In this document: piece by piece, positions 37,730-47,349 of the stretch
Layout: each line of letters opens with the position of its first letter
Numbering within the stretch: position 1 is the first letter of the stretch
NCBI GenBank assembly: GCA_029974275.1
Contig: JARKSN010000059.1
Span: 1-49,870 of the forward strand
Direction of reading: 5' to 3'
Origin: Candidatus Hydrogenedentota bacterium
Lineage (GTDB): Bacteria; Hydrogenedentota; Hydrogenedentia; Hydrogenedentales; SLHB01
DNA length: 49,870 nucleotides
Notes under the pieces: generated by a model
What the model saw: the letters and a program-made list of their open reading frames with translations, nothing else
What the model was told of the DNA's origin: nothing
The model's database searches: none
Made by a program: the position numbers and the translations under genes

Positions 37730-40131
37730 CGAAGGATTGCCTCAAAACGTTTGGTCAGGTCGACCAGAATGGCTTCCATGGATGCGTTCGTGTCGGCGTC
37801 GGTGAGAGTTCTGTCTTCTGACTGGAACGCCAGACTGAGCGCGACGCTTTTTTTGCCGTTTGGAATGGGTTTTCCCGTATAGACATCGAAGATGTCGACT
37901 CGCTTGAGCAGTTCTCCCCCAGCTTTCAACGCCGCAGCGCGAAGCTCCGCCGCCGGGGTGTGCGCGTCGACAACCACAGCCAAGTCGCGCAGGCTAGGCG
38001 GGAATTTTGGGAGCGGCCGGAATGTGGCGACGGGTTTCGGCGCGACAAGCAGGGGGTCGAGTTCCAATTGGAGGATAAACACGTCCTGGTGAATATCGTA
38101 ATTTTTGAGCACTTGGGCGCTCACTGCGCCGATACATCCGAGTGGCGTATTGTCGGATAGCCGACGTATGCCGGCGCTGGCGCCGGGGTTCATCAACGGC
38201 ATCGCGTCGATCGGCTCAAGGGCATATTCGAGGCCAAAATAATCGGCGATGGACTCAAAAATGCCCTTGATGTCATAGAAATCAACCGTGCGCTCGGGCA
38301 GGCTCCAGTGTTTGGCCATGTATTTCCCGCAGAGTGCGACCGCCAGATGATGGGATTGGGTTGGCAAGGGTTCGCCGGGCAGGTCCTGGTATACGCATCC
38401 GAGCTCGAAGGCGGCGATGTCCGGGGCGCCGTGGTTGATATTTGCCGCGATGGATGCCAACAGCGCCGGCAAGAGAGTCGTGCGCATGGCGGCATGGTTT
38501 TCGGACAAGGGGTTCTGCAGCAGGACCATCTGGGCATAGCGGTCATGCAGCCCCGTTTTGACCGCTTCGTCGGGCGCCCCGAAGCTCCAGTGGAGCATTT
38601 CGGTGAGCCCCAGTGAAACAAGGAGATGCTTGATGTCTTTCAGGGGCCTGTTCTCCGGGGCCAGCACGGCGTCGACCGGATGCACTTTGGGCAGGGACAT
38701 GGGGATGTCGTCATAGCCGTCGAGACGCGCCACTTCTTCGATCAGGTCCACTTCCAAGGAAACGTCAGGACGCCATGAGGGGACCTGCACGGTGCATGCG
38801 TCGGATGTTTCTGAAATGAGCGCAAACCCCAGGGATCTGAGGCGCTGGATTTGCCTCTGTGGGTCGAATTCCGTGCCGAGGAGCGTGTTTGCCCGGGCAA
38901 AACGCAGAGAGACCGCAGGGCGCATGACGGGTTTTGGGTAGACATCGATGGCTCCCGCCGCAATCGTCCCCCCTGCCAGTTGGGTCATCAAGGCGGCGGC
39001 TCGGTTCGCTGCGTAGAGGGTCATTTCTGGGTCGATGCCGCGTTGAAACCGCGCCGATGCCTCGGTTTGCAAGCCTAGCGCGCGCGAGGTGCGTCGAATG
39101 GAAACGGGGTTGAAGTAGGCGCTTTCGAGGAGGATATTGACCGTGCCCTCCCCCACTTCGCTGTTGCTTCCTCCCATTATGCCCGCGAGGGCGACGGCCC
39201 GGCTGGCGTCGGCGATGACCAGCATCTCTTCGGTCAGACGGCGCGGCTGGCCGTCGATGGTTTCCAGCGTCTCGCCTGGGCGCGCCGTCCGGACAACGAT
39301 GCGGCGCTCGTTCAGTTTGTCGTGGTCGAAGGCATGCAAGGGCTGGCCTGTTTCGAGCATCACGTAATTCGTGATGTCAACGATATTGCTGATGGGACGC
39401 TGTCCCGCGGCTATCAGGCGTTGCTGCAGCCATTCGGGCGACGGCCCGATCTTGACGCCGTGCAGGACGCGTCCGATGTAGCGGGGGCAAAGGTCCGGCG
39501 CTTCGATGTTTACGGCGGCGTAGTCTTCGGCGGGACGATCGCCTTCCGGAACGTGAAGATCGGGGATGCGCAGTGGAACGCCGTTCTTGGCCGCGATTTC
39601 ACGGGCGATGCCGATCATGCAGGCCCAGTCGCCGCGGTTGGGGGTGATGGAGACTTCGAAAACCGTGTCATCGAGTCCGAGCAACGGTTTGACGTCCGCG
39701 CCGATGGGCAGGTCCGGGCTGAGAATGTACAGTCCCTGATGATCGTCGCCAAGGCCTAGCTCGCGCTTGGAGCACATCATTCCTTGCGATTCGATCCCGC
39801 GCATTTTGCGGCGTTCAATCGTGAATCCGCCGGGCAACGCGGCCCCGAGGATCGCCGTCGGAACCACATCGCCTTCTTTCATGTTTTTCGCGCCGCAGAC
39901 GATCTGCAGGGCCTCTCCCCTGCCCACATCCGTCCGGCAAACAACGAGTTTGTCCGCGTTGGGATGGGGTTCGATGGAGAGGATGCGGCCCACCACGACG
40001 TTCGATATTTCCGCGCCGTTCCGCTCGATCCATTCGATTTCGAGTCCCAACATCGTGAGTTGATGGGCGAGGGCATCGGCGTCGGCGGTGAAATCCACGT
40101 AGTCTTTCAGCCAATTGAGCGAAACGCGCAT
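37726..40131 (-). CDS. pheT: Phenylalanine--tRNA ligase beta subunit
   Basis: MRVSLNWL, HPNADKL, TPNRGD, GQPLHAFD, DLIEEVAR, RDLAVVV. Confidence 0.98.
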   Translation of the reverse strand: MRVSLNWLKDYVDFTADADALAHQLTMLGLEIEWIERNGAEISNVVVGRILSIEPHPNADKLVVCRTDVGRGEALQIVCGAKNMKEGDVVPTAILGAALPGGFTIERRKMRGIESQGMMCSKRELGLGDDHQGLYILSPDLPIGADVKPLLGLDDTVFEVSITPNRGDWACMIGIAREIAAKNGVPLRIPDLHVPEGDRPAEDYAAVNIEAPDLCPRYIGRVLHGVKIGPSPEWLQQRLIAAGQRPISNIVDITNYVMLETGQPLHAFDHDKLNERRIVVRTARPGETLETIDGQPRRLTEEMLVIADASRAVALAGIMGGSNSEVGEGTVNILLESAYFNPVSIRRTSRALGLQTEASARFQRGIDPEMTLYAANRAAALMTQLAGGTIAAGAIDVYPKPVMRPAVSLRFARANTLLGTEFDPQRQIQRLRSLGFALISETSDACTVQVPSWRPDVSLEVDLIEEVARLDGYDDIPMSLPKVHPVDAVLAPENRPLKDIKHLLVSLGLTEMLHWSFGAPDEAVKTGLHDRYAQMVLLQNPLSENHAAMRTTLLPALLASIAANINHGAPDIAAFELGCVYQDLPGEPLPTQSHHLAVALCGKYMAKHWSLPERTVDFYDIKGIFESIADYFGLEYALEPIDAMPLMNPGASAGIRRLSDNTPLGCIGAVSAQVLKNYDIHQDVFILQLELDPLLVAPKPVATFRPLPKFPPSLRDLAVVVDAHTPAAELRAAALKAGGELLKRVDIFDVYTGKPIPNGKKSVALSLAFQSEDRTLTDADTNASMEAILVDLTKRFEAILR

Positions 40132-40132
40132 G

Positions 40133-41149
40133 TTAGAATTGCTCCAAGAAACGCACATCGTTTTCAAAGAAAAGGTGAATGTTGTTGACGCGGTGCTTGA
40201 GCATGGCGATACGGTCCAGGCCCATTCCAAGCGCATAGCCGGTGAAGTTCTCATAGTCGTATTTTGCGTACCGAAACACCTCGGGATGAACCATGCCGCA
40301 GCCGCCTATCTCGAGCCATCCGGAGTTCTTGCAGACACGGCACCCCGAACCGCCGCAGACGGTGCAGGAGATGTCGATCTCGGCGGAGGGTTCGGTGAAG
40401 GGGAAAAAGCTGGGCCGGAATCGCACCTTGGTGTTTTTGCCGAACAGACGATGGGCCAGGAACAGCAGCGTTCCTTTCAAGTCGGCGAAGCTGACCTGTT
40501 TGTCTACCAGGAGAGCCTCCACTTGGTTGAACATGGGGCTGTGGCTGGCGTCGTAGTCCACGCGATACACCTTGCCGGGAACCACCACGGCGACCGGGGG
40601 CGGCATCTTTTCCATGACCCGCATTTGCACGGGAGACGTGTGCGTGCGCAGGACGATGCCGGGCCTTACATGAAAGGTGTCGTGGCTGTCTCGTGCAGGA
40701 TGGTCCGGCGAAATGTTGAGACTGTCGAAATTGTAGTATTCGGTCTCGATTTCGGGTCCTGAGGCGACCTGAAACCCGAGTTCGGTAAAGATATCGACGA
40801 CCTCTTCGGTGATCTGAGAGACGAGGTGGAGATGGCCTTTGCGGGGACGTCTGCCGGGAAGGGATAGGTCGAGAGAGTCGCTTTGCGTTTTTTGCGCCGA
40901 CGCCTGTTCTTCCAGCACACGCAAGCGCGCTTCAATCCGCGTGGAAATGATGTCCTTGACGTCGTTCGCCAATTGGCCAAGCACGGGCCGTTCTTCGGGC
41001 GTAACGTGCGCCAGACCGCGCAGGATGTCGGTCAGCGCGCCTTTTCGTCCGAGATACTTGACGCGTGTATCGTCGAGGTTTTTGAGGTCCCCAGCCGCGT
41101 CGATTTCGGCGAGGGCCATCCTCTGGATATCCTCGAGCTTCTGCTTCAT
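40133..41149 (-). CDS. pheS: Phenylalanine--tRNA ligase alpha subunit
   Basis: HPARDSHDTF, LRTHTS, FPFTEPS, GCGMVHP. Confidence 0.98.
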   Translation of the reverse strand: MKQKLEDIQRMALAEIDAAGDLKNLDDTRVKYLGRKGALTDILRGLAHVTPEERPVLGQLANDVKDIISTRIEARLRVLEEQASAQKTQSDSLDLSLPGRRPRKGHLHLVSQITEEVVDIFTELGFQVASGPEIETEYYNFDSLNISPDHPARDSHDTFHVRPGIVLRTHTSPVQMRVMEKMPPPVAVVVPGKVYRVDYDASHSPMFNQVEALLVDKQVSFADLKGTLLFLAHRLFGKNTKVRFRPSFFPFTEPSAEIDISCTVCGGSGCRVCKNSGWLEIGGCGMVHPEVFRYAKYDYENFTGYALGMGLDRIAMLKHRVNNIHLFFENDVRFLEQF

Positions 41150-41173
41150 TCGTTCCCCCTCGCACTTGCTCCG

Positions 41174-41824
41174 CTACTGCTCAAACAATGCGGTCCCTAT
41201 GCGGACCTGGGTTGCGCCTTCTTCGACGGCGACTTGATAGTCATTGGTCATGCCCATCGACAATTCGTGCAGGCCATACTGATCGGCCAGTTCACGCAAC
41301 GTCGCAAAAACCGGACGCGTCGCTTCCGGATCGGCCTCGAATGGGGCCATGGTCATCAAGCCTTCGGCGCGCAGATGGGGGCATTGATCCACCGCGTCCA
41401 GAAGGCCTGGCAATTGTTCCGGCCCGACTCCGTGCTTGGTCGCCTCGTGCGAGACGTTGACTTCCAGCAACACGGGCAATGTACGGCCCAACTCGGCGCA
41501 ACGTTTCTCGAGTTCCAGCGCGAGTTCAGGCCGGTCCACGGCATCGATCGCGTCGAATAGCTGCACGACCTCGCGCGCCTTCCGTCGCTGCACGTTTCCT
41601 ATCATGTGCCAGGTCGGGCGGAACGTGAATCCCGCGATTTTTTCTCGGGCGCTGTCGAGTCGGTTCTCGGCGAAGTCTCGAACGCCTAGTTTCCACAGGG
41701 CATGAACTTCGGGCAACCCCACGCTTTTCGTTACGGCGATTATGCGCACATCGGAAGGCCGACGGCCCGCCCGAAGCGCTGCTGTTTCGATATGATCCCG
41801 CACGCGCGTCAGATTGCGCTCCAT
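41174..41824 (-). CDS. yggS: PLP homeostasis protein YggS
   Basis: AVTK, WHMIG, GLMTM, LSMGMT.D, VRIGT; true start may be a few codons upstream. Confidence 0.93.
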   Translation of the reverse strand: MERNLTRVRDHIETAALRAGRRPSDVRIIAVTKSVGLPEVHALWKLGVRDFAENRLDSAREKIAGFTFRPTWHMIGNVQRRKAREVVQLFDAIDAVDRPELALELEKRCAELGRTLPVLLEVNVSHEATKHGVGPEQLPGLLDAVDQCPHLRAEGLMTMAPFEADPEATRPVFATLRELADQYGLHELSMGMTNDYQVAVEEGATQVRIGTALFEQ

Positions 41825-42081
41825 ACGACTAAACGATGTATCTGTAAGCACAGCTTGGATTTCCGTAAGTGCAGGCAGACTCCCAAAGCAACCCGTTACA
41901 CGCCTGCGCCATCCGGCTTTTGCAGCAAGCATTTTGAGAAATGCCGCATGCGAGCGAAAATCCGGCGAGGCAATGTATACACCCATGATAGGATGCCGGC
42001 GGCGGATCGTCAACTTTGTCCGCCCGTGCGTGCCCTGACGCGCGGACAATCCCCTTCGTTGTGGATGGATGCGTTGGCGCG

Positions 42082-43599
42082 CTATTGATCCTTTTGCCGG
42101 GCGCGCTCGGCGCGAATCCGATTGGCTTCTTCGCGCCGTTCCAATTCCATTTTTTCGGATGCGTTCAGGGGAATATGGGCCTTCTTTTTGATCTCGATGA
42201 TGCGGTCCGACGCTTCGAGGAATACCTCGCTGGACTCGGTGCGCGCCTGGGTAAGGACGGCTATCGCCTCGTAGCTTTGTCCCTTTTCCTCGAGCGTCTG
42301 CGCCTCGAGCATGCGGAGGTGCGCAATCGCAAGCGGATCGTCGGAACCGCCCGGAGCCTCAAGCACGGCGCGCCACTTCGCGTACGTCGCAGCCGCCTTG
42401 GCCTCATAATCCTTTTCGATCGCATCGTATGCCGCTTGCGCCTCCGACAACGCCGCAGGGTCCGTATCTTGTTGCTGCGCAAGAAGCAGCGCCTCGTGGG
42501 CGTTTTCTTTTTCCTTGAGGGAAGCCCGCATCGTCTTTTCGGCCAGAAACGCCTCGTTGTATTGAATGAAGCGCGGTGCGTTCACGTTTGTCGGGTTGCG
42601 CTCCAGATACCGTTTCCATCCGTCGATGGCTTCTTGGTGCTGACCGTTGCGCTGGTATGCTATGTAGAGGGTTCGGGGCACCCAGATGTCGTGTTTCAGG
42701 TACTGCACCGCGTATTTAAGATAGCGGACGGCATTGGCGTAGTCTTTGAGTTTTTCCGAATACACGCCGAAACCCAAGTCGAAATAGAGCCGGTAGTCGC
42801 TAGGATTTTTGCGTATGCCGTCTTTCAGAAAATCGACGGCTTGGTAGTAATAGCTTTCCTTGAGCCCCAGGTAGACGTCGCGATCGGAGTCGTATTTCTT
42901 GTCTTTTTCCGGGGTGTCGGGCAGGGGCGCCGTCGCATTGTACGCCAGATGCCAGGCGCCGATGAGGTAGGCGTCGACGAAGTTGGGATCGAGCGTCACG
43001 GTCAGGTTCATCAAGGGAACCATGCGATGCAGCATGCCCGCATGCCAGTATTTGTCCACCTCAAGCCATAGCAAATTGGCCGCCATCTTGCGGAACCCAA
43101 AGAAGAGATTCGCCAAGCTTGCCGTGGTGCTTTCGCTGGCATACATCACGTCGACGTCGAGTTGGGAGCCGACGCTTGCCAGGCGTTTTTCGCGCCAATA
43201 GGTCAGGAAATCCGCGCGTTGCCGCGCCAGGACGTCGCTTTGGGCCAGGGCCCAGAGCGCAGGGCTGTTGGGAACGTACTTGACCGTGCGGATGATCTTG
43301 GATTCCTCCGCGCTCTGGGCGGGGACGTCTTCGGGCAAGGGCACGTCGGGCAGTTCGGTCTCCGCGATATCCGTAATGGCCTGAAACAGATCGCGGTCCA
43401 TCATCTTGGGTTTTGTGGGATCGTTGCTGATTTGTTCGGTCAGTTCCAAGAGGAGGCTGCTTTGCGTGGAAGCGGCGATGATCCAGCGGTAGAACCGATC
43501 GCTGTCACGCAGGTGTTGCACGCGTTGGCCTTGCCATGCGGCGGCCGCCCACACCACGGCCACCAAGATTCCTAGCGAGAGATTAGGATAACGCCGCAT
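42082..43599 (-). CDS. XapA-like TPR membrane protein (long form)
   Basis: N-terminal TM; GFRKMAANLLWL, LDPNFVDAY...AWHLAYN, GIRKNP..Y.LY; TPR helices. Confidence 0.75.
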   Translation of the reverse strand: MRRYPNLSLGILVAVVWAAAAWQGQRVQHLRDSDRFYRWIIAASTQSSLLLELTEQISNDPTKPKMMDRDLFQAITDIAETELPDVPLPEDVPAQSAEESKIIRTVKYVPNSPALWALAQSDVLARQRADFLTYWREKRLASVGSQLDVDVMYASESTTASLANLFFGFRKMAANLLWLEVDKYWHAGMLHRMVPLMNLTVTLDPNFVDAYLIGAWHLAYNATAPLPDTPEKDKKYDSDRDVYLGLKESYYYQAVDFLKDGIRKNPSDYRLYFDLGFGVYSEKLKDYANAVRYLKYAVQYLKHDIWVPRTLYIAYQRNGQHQEAIDGWKRYLERNPTNVNAPRFIQYNEAFLAEKTMRASLKEKENAHEALLLAQQQDTDPAALSEAQAAYDAIEKDYEAKAAATYAKWRAVLEAPGGSDDPLAIAHLRMLEAQTLEEKGQSYEAIAVLTQARTESSEVFLEASDRIIEIKKKAHIPLNASEKMELERREEANRIRAERARQKDQ

Positions 43600-43606
43600 A
43601 GCGGTA

Positions 43607-44518
43607 TCAGAACTCCTTTCGGCGGAAAATCCAGTAGGCGATGCAATACCCGGCAATCACGTACATGAGACTGTACGCGATCAGGTTGGGTATCTGGACG
43701 TCCCGGGGCAAATCGTTGGGTTGGAGGTGCAGGATTTGGTTTTTCAGGCTGAAATCCGTCAAGTTGGGCAGTATGCGGGAAAGCCACAGAGCGATGTTGC
43801 CGACCCACTGATCAATGAGCAGGGTGGTCTGTCCGGCCCGGTTGGAGACGTCCCGGAGATACTCGGTCATGTTGCCGGTGATATAGATGAAGAGGCCGCC
43901 GATGGTCGGCAACACCGCCGACGTCGCGGTGCAGGAAATGGCGAAGGTGAATGCGGAGACAATGAGGAACTCGAAGTAGGTCAACAACAACGACCACAGG
44001 AGGAGAGTCGCCGGAACGCCTTGCTTCACCCATAGCACGAGAAAGAACAGGCCGCCCATGAGGGCGAGGTTCAGCAGGATGATGAATTGGGCGCCGATGA
44101 ATTTGCCCAGCAGATACTGGAAACGGCGCAACGGCTTTGAGAGCACCGTGTAGATGACGCGGTTTTCCACTTCGCCGGGCACGACGGAGGCCGAGGTGAA
44201 GATCGTGATCAAAACGCCGAAGATGGAGATGGTGGTGACGCAGATGTCCTTGATGAGTTTTATCTCGATATCTTGCGTCGCGTCGCCGATGGTTTTCTGG
44301 TTCAAGAAGGCGGTGATGAAGCTGGTTCCGAAGATGACCAGGATCGAGAGGATCAAAAAGCCAATCAGGGTTTTTTTGCGTAGTCCCTCGCGCAGGGTGT
44401 ACATGGCGATGGCCCATATGGCGCGCAACGAGTTCGTCACGCCTGCGGAAGCCATGGCGGGAACGACGGGATCGGGCGCCGCGGGATTCTCCTGGACGAT
44501 GTCCATTTGCTCTGTCAT
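43607..44518 (-). CDS. ABC-2 transporter permease (PilI/XapB-like)
   Basis: TLREGLRKK, EVENRVIYTVLSKPLRR.QYLLGKF, LPNL, FRRKEF. Confidence 0.88.
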   Translation of the reverse strand: MTEQMDIVQENPAAPDPVVPAMASAGVTNSLRAIWAIAMYTLREGLRKKTLIGFLILSILVIFGTSFITAFLNQKTIGDATQDIEIKLIKDICVTTISIFGVLITIFTSASVVPGEVENRVIYTVLSKPLRRFQYLLGKFIGAQFIILLNLALMGGLFFLVLWVKQGVPATLLLWSLLLTYFEFLIVSAFTFAISCTATSAVLPTIGGLFIYITGNMTEYLRDVSNRAGQTTLLIDQWVGNIALWLSRILPNLTDFSLKNQILHLQPNDLPRDVQIPNLIAYSLMYVIAGYCIAYWIFRRKEF

Positions 44519-44531
44519 TCCGGTGCTTCCT

Positions 44532-45467
44532 TTACTTTCCTGTCGCGGCGCCGATGACCCGCACGAACAGTTCTTCGAGGGTCTCGCGGTGCGGCGCCAC
44601 GCTGACTATGGATAGGTTGAGGGCCCTGCAACGGTCCAGGATGTCGTACAACGACATGGCGGGCGTTACGCGCAAGAGCGCCCGCCCTTCGACGAGGTCT
44701 TCGATGAGAACGCCGGCTTCTTTCAGCGAGGCTATCGCCTGGGCCGAAAGCCCGCTCACTTGCACGGCCGTGTCGCGATCGGTCAGCAGTTCGCCCAAGG
44801 TTCCTTGGGTTTGCATCACGCCTTCGTAGAGAATGCCGATGCGGTCGCTGATAAGCTCGACTTCGAGCAACTCGTGACTGGAAATCAGGAGGGTCTTCCC
44901 TTCATCGCGCAGACGGACCAGGATATCGCGGATTTCTTTACGCGCGATGGGGTCGAGCCCGGTCGTGGGCTCGTCGAGAATCAATATTTGCGGATCGCTG
45001 ATCATGGCTTGCGCCAAGCCGATGCGTTGGCGCATGCCTTTTGAGTACCCTTTGATGAGACGTTTCCGGGCGCGCATCATCCCCACTTTTTCGAGAACTT
45101 CGCTGATGCGGCGCTCCAGCTCCTTTCCGGCCAGTCCGTAGAGTTGGCCATAGAAACGGAGCACTTCTTCGCCTTTGAGGAAGTCGGGATAGTAAGCCCC
45201 TTCGGGCAGATAGCCGATGTTTCGCCTCACTTCGTACCGGCCGATATCGGATTGCCCCATGACTTTGATGGAGCCGGAGGTCGGAAAGATGATGCCCAGC
45301 AGCATTTTGATGGTGGTGGTCTTTCCGGAACCGTTAGGCCCTAGATAGCCGAAAATCTCGCCTCGGTTGATCGCGAGATCGAGTTCCGTGAGGGCGTGCA
45401 CGTCCTGGGTTTTGAGACGTCCCTCGTACACCTTCGTGAGTTTGTTGATTTCAATGACAACCGACAC
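44532..45467 (-). CDS. ABC transporter ATP-binding protein (PilH/XapD-like)
   Basis: GPNGSGKTT, YSKGMRQ, LILDEP, SSH, TLEELF; GTG start after AAGGGGG. Confidence 0.93.
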   Translation of the reverse strand: MSVVIEINKLTKVYEGRLKTQDVHALTELDLAINRGEIFGYLGPNGSGKTTTIKMLLGIIFPTSGSIKVMGQSDIGRYEVRRNIGYLPEGAYYPDFLKGEEVLRFYGQLYGLAGKELERRISEVLEKVGMMRARKRLIKGYSKGMRQRIGLAQAMISDPQILILDEPTTGLDPIARKEIRDILVRLRDEGKTLLISSHELLEVELISDRIGILYEGVMQTQGTLGELLTDRDTAVQVSGLSAQAIASLKEAGVLIEDLVEGRALLRVTPAMSLYDILDRCRALNLSIVSVAPHRETLEELFVRVIGAATGK

Positions 45468-45766
45468 GAGCGTTGACCCCCTTGTTGTGAGTCGCCTCCA
45501 GGTTTCTCCACCAGGCAGTTCACGTGCTGCGAGAAGGAAGCCTTCCGTGAAACGCCTTCCCTCTCGTCCCGGGTCGGCAGGCATCGCGATCCGGGCGTCA
45601 TCGACCGCCGTTGTCCGCAAGATATGGCGCGGCCTGCTTTTCAAAACGCAAGAGAACCAGCTACAGCCGGGAAATCATATCAGACAAAGAACGGATAGTC
45701 AACGAAGCAACGCCCCGCGGCGGCTTCCTGCGTCGGATGGGCGCGATAATCGCAGCGGCTCCATGT

Positions 45767-46717
45767 TTATGGCGCAGGAGGAGGCGCGTCCACGCCGACA
45801 AGATCGAGCACGACCACTTCGGGCTTACAAAGGAAGCGGATTTCCGGGGTGTAAGGCTCGGAGCCGATCCCGCGCGAAACAATGAGTTTTTTGCCTTCCT
45901 CTTCATAAAGGCCGTACTCCCATCGCTTGCCCGCCGGATCCATGGTGATCAGCGCGCCCCAATAGGGCAAGCGGATTTGCCCCCCGTGCGTGTGTCCGGA
46001 CAACATGAGGTCGGCCTGGGAGCCCGCGATCAAGGAGAATCCCGACGGCAGGTGAAACAGAACGATGTTGTAGGTCTCCTCGGGAAGTTTTTTCAGGTCG
46101 ACCGGCATGGCCCAGACGGACTCGGCGCTGAATCCGACGATGCAGATGCGCGCGTTGCGAATGTTCACGATGGCCTTGGACCTGTCAAGAGAATGCACGC
46201 CTGTTTCGCGCATCACGCGGTCGTAGTCCCCGAGAAAATCCAGATTGCCGCTGCATGCGTATTGCGGGCTTTCCCATGCTTTCAAGAGACGCGTGAGAAC
46301 CGGCTCGGCGTTCGCGTTCTTTCCGAAGAAATCGCCTGTATGGACGATGACGTCCGGTTTGAGCGAGGCAACCAGCGCAGGCAAGGCCTTCTCGCGAGGG
46401 CCGTATTCGCGCACATGGAGGTCCGCCAACTGCACAAGCCGCACCTTCTCCCCTGCGGGTATCTTATGCGTCTCGATCCGATAGGCGGTCACGGTAAGAC
46501 GACGCGGCTCGAACAGGCATGCATAGGCGATGGCTGCGATGCCTGCCAGTCCGAGGATGGCCGCCCAAGGGCCTAAACGAAGCAGGACGCGCCCAGCACG
46601 CGTCCTGGGCGGAACGCGAAACGCTTTGACAAGCAACCAGCGCAACGCCACGTAATAGGTCAAGGCCCATGCCAGCGTAAAGAGCCAGGCTGACAGCCAT
46701 TGTGCGTGCGTGATCAT
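45767..46717 (-). CDS. Membrane-anchored metallophosphoesterase (YkuE/YaeI-like)
   Basis: Two N-terminal TMs; DLH, TGD, GNLD, H, SGHTHGGQ, SRGIG. Confidence 0.9.
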   Translation of the reverse strand: MITHAQWLSAWLFTLAWALTYYVALRWLLVKAFRVPPRTRAGRVLLRLGPWAAILGLAGIAAIAYACLFEPRRLTVTAYRIETHKIPAGEKVRLVQLADLHVREYGPREKALPALVASLKPDVIVHTGDFFGKNANAEPVLTRLLKAWESPQYACSGNLDFLGDYDRVMRETGVHSLDRSKAIVNIRNARICIVGFSAESVWAMPVDLKKLPEETYNIVLFHLPSGFSLIAGSQADLMLSGHTHGGQIRLPYWGALITMDPAGKRWEYGLYEEEGKKLIVSRGIGSEPYTPEIRFLCKPEVVVLDLVGVDAPPPAP

Positions 46718-46778
46718 TCGTCTGTATCCCCGCGTCGTGAATCACCCCGTGGCGACATAAGATAGTCGCGCTTTCCGG

Positions 46779-47180
46779 TTAACCGCCGCCGCCGAAAATC
46801 CGCACCCACGCCTTTCGTGTGCGGGGGCCGTCGAACTCGCAGAAGTAAACCGATTGCCACGTGCCGAGCGCAAGCCGCCCGTTCTGGATAATCAGCGTCT
46901 GGCTGGAGCCCATCAAGCTCGACTTCACGTGCGCAGCGGAGTTGCCTTCGCGGTGGGCATAGCCGCCGCGCCATGGCGCAAGACGATCCAAAACCATTTC
47001 CATATCGCGCACCACATCGGGATCGGCGTTCTCGTTGATCGTGACGCCGGCCGTGGTGTGCGGCACAAAAACATGGCAGAGGCCTTCTTGGACGCCGGAT
47101 TTCGCGACAATCGTCTGGATTTCGCCAGTGATATCGATGAACTGACTCCGTTGGCGCGTGGGGACCGTGATCTCCTGCAT
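46779..47180 (-). CDS. yjbQ: YjbQ/UPF0047 family protein
   Basis: HTTAG.TINENADP, HREGNSAAH, LGTWQ...EFDGPR. Confidence 0.93.
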   Translation of the reverse strand: MQEITVPTRQRSQFIDITGEIQTIVAKSGVQEGLCHVFVPHTTAGVTINENADPDVVRDMEMVLDRLAPWRGGYAHREGNSAAHVKSSLMGSSQTLIIQNGRLALGTWQSVYFCEFDGPRTRKAWVRIFGGGG

Positions 47181-47349
47181 GGAAAAATTCCTCCTCTACG
47201 AAATCAATGCCGACACGGGATCAAGCATTTAGTGAACGTCGCGCCTGCTACGGCGCGCTGCTTCCCTGCTCGTTGAGGAAAGTCATGAAGATACATATCC
47301 GCGATTCCAACGTCTATGCTGATGAGGGCTAATTCGGTTCGTATTTTTG

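Noticed and set aside
47275..47284. GAGGAAAGTC matches the RNase P RNA P4 5' motif
   Set aside because: The following conserved sequence is absent and there is no room before the convergent CDS
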